Of a stretch of DNA of 64,000 nt, positions 60,104 to 64,000 are shown in pieces. The translations under genes were made by a program, and so were the position numbers. Every line of letters starts with the position of its first letter. The first letter of the stretch is position 1. Below the pieces are notes generated by a model. It saw only the letters and a list, made by a program, of their open reading frames with translations. It searched no databases and was not told where the DNA came from. The stretch is from the NCBI GenBank assembly GCA_963755025.1, contig CAVWIH010000021.1, forward strand, positions 1 through 64,000, given 5' to 3'. The stretch is from an uncultured Actinomycetes bacterium. Its GTDB lineage: Bacteria; Actinomycetota; Thermoleophilia; UBA2241.

Positions 60104-62069
60104 ATGACTCTGGGCGACCGCCACGAGCACGCCCACGCACAGGGGGAGCCCAGCCAGCGCCGATCCCGGCAGCGACCTGCGCTTCTCTCCCCGGCCCAAC
60201 CGCGCCCACGAGATAGCCTGGCGCCCCTGGGGCCACGATGCCTTCGCCGAAGCCCGCCGTACCGGCAAGCCGGTGCTCCTCGCCATCTCGGCGGTGTGGT
60301 GCCACTGGTGCCACGTCATGGACGAGACGACCTACTCCGACCCGCGCGTGCTGGCGGCGCTCGCCGCCGACTTCGTGGCCGTGCGCATCGACAACGACCG
60401 GCGGCCCGACCTCAACCGGCGCTACAACATGGGAGGCTGGCCGACCGTCGCCTTTCTCACGGCCTCGGGCGAGATACTCACCGGGGCCACCTACCTGCCC
60501 CCCGACCAGTTCCTCACGGCGCTCGAACGGGTGCGCGACTACTACGCCGAGCACGGCGACGCCCTGCTCCGCGCGGCCGACGCCGACGCGGCGGCGCAGG
60601 GGGCGACAGACGAGAGCCCGAATGGAGCGGCGCGGGGGACGACAGGCGAGAGCGGCGGCGAGCGCGGCGCTACCGAGTCGCCCGCCGCGGCGCCTCTCGC
60701 GAGCGCGGCCGCCGCCGCGCCGGGCGGCGCATCGGCCGCCCACCCAGCCGCTTCTGTGCCCACCATCGACGCCGCGGCGGCCGCCGCCACGGTGCGCGCC
60801 GTCGCCACCCTCTACGACCCGCTCTACGGCGGCCTGGGCAGCGAACCCAAGTTCCCCCAGCCCGAGGCCATCGGCCTGCTGCTCACGGCTGGCGTGCGCG
60901 CCGGCGAGGAGCGTCTCGTGGCCATGGCCCGTCACTCGCTCGACGCCATGGCCGCCGGCGAGCTGCACGACCCCGTCGAAGGGGGCTTCTTTCGCTACGC
61001 CACGCGGCGCGACTGGTCGACGCCGCATTTCGAGAAGCTGCTCGACGACAACGCGCGGCTCGCTCTCCTCTACCTCGACGCCTTCGCCTGCACCGGTCAC
61101 GCCGCCTACGCCGAGGTCGCGCTCGGCGTGGTGGCCTACCTCACGGCCGTGCTGGCCGCCCCCGACGCGCCCGTGTTCTTCGGCAGCCAGGACGCCGACG
61201 AGCACTACTACACCTGCGATGCCGCCGGCCGCCGTGCCCTGGCCGCGCCGCCGGTCGACCGCACGGTGTTCGTCGACGCGAACGCGCTCGTCGCCCGCGC
61301 CCTGCTGCGCGCCGCCACCCTGCTCGACCGGCCCGACCTGCTCGCAGCCGCGCTGGCGGCGGTCGACGACCTCTGGCAGCGCGGCCACGGCCGCCACGCC
61401 ATGACCCACTACCTGGGCGGCCCGATCGACGGCTTGCTGGCCGACCAGGCGAACATGACGGCGGCCCTGCTCGACGCCTACGAGGTCAGCGGCGAGCGTG
61501 CCTACCTGGCGCGCGCCCGGCGCGTCGCCGACTGGTCGCTCGAGCGCCTGCAGGCTCCCGACGGCAGGTTCACCGACCGGCCCCGGGTGTCCGGCGAGGC
61601 GCCCACCGGCGTGCGCGACGCGCCGCTCGAGGTGCTCGAGGGCGGCGCCGAGCTGGCCGACTGCCTCACCCGTCTCTCGGCCTTCAGCGGCGTGCCTACC
61701 TACCGCGAAGAGGCGGCGCGGTCGCTCGCGGCCTACCGGGTCGCGGCAGCCGAAGCCGGCCCGATGGCCGCGGCCTGGGCTCTCGCGGTCGTGCGCTTCG
61801 CGGAGCACCCCGCCCATATCGTCATCGTCGGGCGTCGCGGCGATGCGCAGGCCGGCGCGCTGCTGCGCGCCGGCCTGCGCATCGCCGAACCGCTGCGCTC
61901 GGTGCAGCTCCTCGACCCCGACGCCGACGCCGAGACGATCGCACGCGAGGGCTACACGCTGGGCGACGAGGGCGCGGCGGCCTTCGTCTGCCTGGGCGGC
62001 GTCTGTCTGGCCCCCACCTCCGACCCGGAGCGCCTGGCGGGCCTCGTGGCGGGTACGGCCGCCGACTGA
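60104..62069 (+). CDS. YyaL/SSP411-type thioredoxin-domain (DUF255) protein (frameshift close to start)
   Basis: WCHWCHVMD, GGWP, PKFP, GGFFRY, PHFEKLL.DNA. Confidence 0.9.
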
Positions 62070-62209
62070 GGGGCGCCGCGCTTGGCCTTCCCGGCGGTTT
62101 GCGCTCGGGAATAGTATCTGGCCGAGGGAAGTGACGACGGTGATCGGTCCGGGCGCGTGCGTCGGAAGCTGCGCGAGTCACGGACTTCCAGACACGAAAC
62201 GAGGTGCAC

Positions 62210-62845
62210 ATGCTCACGCTCTACCAGGCCGAATGGTGCCCGTACTGCCACCGGGTGCGGCAGGTGCTGACCGAGCTCGAGCTGTCCTACACCTGCGTCA
62301 ACGTCCCCCTGGCGCGCGCCGATCGCGTCCAGGTACGCGAGGTCTCCGGGCAAGACGTGGTGCCGGTGCTCAAAGACGGCCGCAAGGTCATCGCCGGTTC
62401 CGACGAGATCATCGCGCACCTGCGCGAGCTCTACCCCGCGCCCGACGACGCCGAGGCGCACGCCGAGGTGGGCCGCTTCCGGGTGGCGCTCGAACTCGAC
62501 GAGAGTCCCGACGAGGCGCTCGCCCTGCTGCGCGAGGCGTTCGCCACGACCGATATCCGCATCGTGAGCGAGACGCGCGGCTTCGAGCTCGGCGCCGACC
62601 ACCTGCCCGAGGGCTACGTACTGGTGCAGGCCACCGTGGTCGAGGCGTTCGAGCAGGCCGTCGCGGTCGATCCCACGGTGCCGGCCGCGACCACGTTCTC
62701 GCTGGCCGTGTTCGCCGTCGACGGCGGCAGCGCGATCGCCGTGACCCGGCCCTTCGCCGAAGCGTGGCTCTACGGCGAGCCAGCCCTGAGCACGCTCACC
62801 ATGGCGGTCACGCAGCGCGTCTACGAGGCGCTCGGCAAGCTTTGA
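62210..62845 (+). CDS. Glutaredoxin-domain protein with C-terminal DUF302-like domain
   Basis: CPYC, VPVL.D, GSDEII. Confidence 0.8.
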   Translation: MLTLYQAEWCPYCHRVRQVLTELELSYTCVNVPLARADRVQVREVSGQDVVPVLKDGRKVIAGSDEIIAHLRELYPAPDDAEAHAEVGRFRVALELDESPDEALALLREAFATTDIRIVSETRGFELGADHLPEGYVLVQATVVEAFEQAVAVDPTVPAATTFSLAVFAVDGGSAIAVTRPFAEAWLYGEPALSTLTMAVTQRVYEALGKL

Positions 62846-62871
62846 CCGGCTGGAGACCTGGTACGTCGATC

Positions 62872-62990
62872 GACTTCGTCGTCTCCGCTCAGACGGGCGC
62901 GACTATCGTCGCGCGTCTAGTGCCGGAAAACGACTACGTCGTTTCCGCTCAGACGGGCGTGACTTCGTCGCGCGTCTAGTCCCAGCGAAA
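62872..62990. repeat. Imperfect ~55-60 bp direct duplication including the permease stop codon
   Basis: GACT.CGTCGT.TCCGCTCAGACGGGCG.GACT..CGTCGCGCGTCTAGT occurs twice. Confidence 0.85.
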
Positions 62991-63866
62991 GATGGCGGCG
63001 GCCAGCAGCGTCGTGGCCAGGCCGATGCCGCCCACGATCGTCGCCTGCAGCAGGTTGATGCCGTAGCCGTTCCACGGATCGACGAGGCTGATGACCACGT
63101 GGTACAGCGGCAGCGCCTTGCCGAGCGCCACCATCCAGGGAGGCAGCTCCTCGAGCGGCGCGCTCGTGCCCGACACGAACAGCATGATGAACCAGATCAG
63201 CAGGCCGACGCCCTGCGCGGCGCGCGCCGTGGGCGCCAGCGAAGCGATCAGCACGCCCAGAGCCGAGAAGGCGAACACGCCGGCCACGAAGCCGACGGCG
63301 ACGCCGCCGATCGAGACCGGCACCACCACCCCGTAGGCGAAGATGCCCAGCACGCTGATGGCCAGGGCCCCGATCAGGCAGGTGCCCACGCCCACCAGGA
63401 ACTGCGAGCCCAGCAGGGCCCACTCCGACACGCCCGAGGCGCGGTAGCGGCGCAGCACGCCGCGCTCGCGGTAGGTCGAGAGGTGGACCGGCAGCGAGAC
63501 GGTGCCGATCGAGGCGATCACGAGGCCGATGTAGCTGGGCACGTACCAGTCCATCATCTTCAGACCGGCGTAGTCGCCGCCGCTCATGCGCTGGCCGCCG
63601 AAGATGCCGCCCAGCAGCACCAGCACGAGCACGGGGAAGGCGAACGAGAAGACGAGCGTCACCGGCTCGCGGATGAGGAGCTTGGTCTCGATCCAGGTCA
63701 TGCGCAGCAGGACCTTGGCGGAGGCCACGGCCCAGCGCCAGGGCGCCGCCGCGACGGTGGCGGCCGCCGCGCGCGGCGCCGCGCCGGTCGTGGCGCTGCG
63801 GCGCGCCGCGTCGGCCTTGCCCGACGGGGGGTGCTGGGCGGGAGGCTGTTGGCGCTGCGCGCTCAT
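62976..63866 (-). CDS. ABC-2 type transporter permease
   Basis: REP, YRERGVLRR, 6 TM segments, LPPWM..LPL. Confidence 0.9.
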   Translation of the reverse strand: MSAQRQQPPAQHPPSGKADAARRSATTGAAPRAAAATVAAAPWRWAVASAKVLLRMTWIETKLLIREPVTLVFSFAFPVLVLVLLGGIFGGQRMSGGDYAGLKMMDWYVPSYIGLVIASIGTVSLPVHLSTYRERGVLRRYRASGVSEWALLGSQFLVGVGTCLIGALAISVLGIFAYGVVVPVSIGGVAVGFVAGVFAFSALGVLIASLAPTARAAQGVGLLIWFIMLFVSGTSAPLEELPPWMVALGKALPLYHVVISLVDPWNGYGINLLQATIVGGIGLATTLLAAAIFRWD

Positions 63867-64000
63867 TCGGCCATGACGTGCCCGGTGAGGCTGAGAAAGA
63901 CGTCTTCGAGGGTGGGCGCCTCGACGTGCAGGTCGAGCGGCGCGATACCGTGCGCGACCAGCGCCGCGGCGACGTAGGCGAGCACCGCGTCGCGGCCGTC
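63863..64000 (-). CDS. ABC transporter ATP-binding protein, C-terminal end (truncated by window)
   Basis: PTLEDVFLSLTG motif; ATGA coupling to the permease. Confidence 0.85.
   Translation of the reverse strand, partial: DGRDAVLAYVAAALVAHGIAPLDLHVEAPTLEDVFLSLTGHVMAE

Noticed and set aside
1-64000. Selenocysteine read-through in MsrA, MsrB, glutaredoxin or CCG protein; long antisense and alternate-frame ORFs
   Set aside because: Catalytic positions are Cys codons with no in-frame TGA; shadow ORFs are Arg/Pro/Ala-rich by-products of high GC.

Overview
Very GC-rich bacterial window, probably Actinomycetota (inferred from GC content, gene families and promoter style). It holds about 60 protein-coding genes, and I recognised no rRNA, tRNA or CRISPR array. 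Many genes carry single-base frameshifts typical of long-read assembly error. The strongest signal is a trimethylamine methyltransferase (MttB) gene at 4562-6032 with an in-frame TAG at codon 328, in the motif where methanogen MttB carries pyrrolysine. This suggests amber recoding in this lineage even though TAG remains a common stop here. Other notable loci: (1) an uncharacterised sulfur/Fe-S module (YezD, ABC ATPase, HypB-like GTPase, IscS, Fe-S protein, CysK, orphan HydE) with a recurring leader motif; (2) a candidate C-rich small RNA behind phased repeats at about 31.2 kb; (3) an integron attC-like site within a run of co-oriented small genes and fragments at 47-52 kb; (4) an integrase remnant and att-like repeats flanking a kinase/decarboxylase pair at 0.9-3.8 kb; (5) an Ada/AlkA-Ogt-Tag alkylation repair cluster. 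All family assignments come from recognised motifs; no database search was run.
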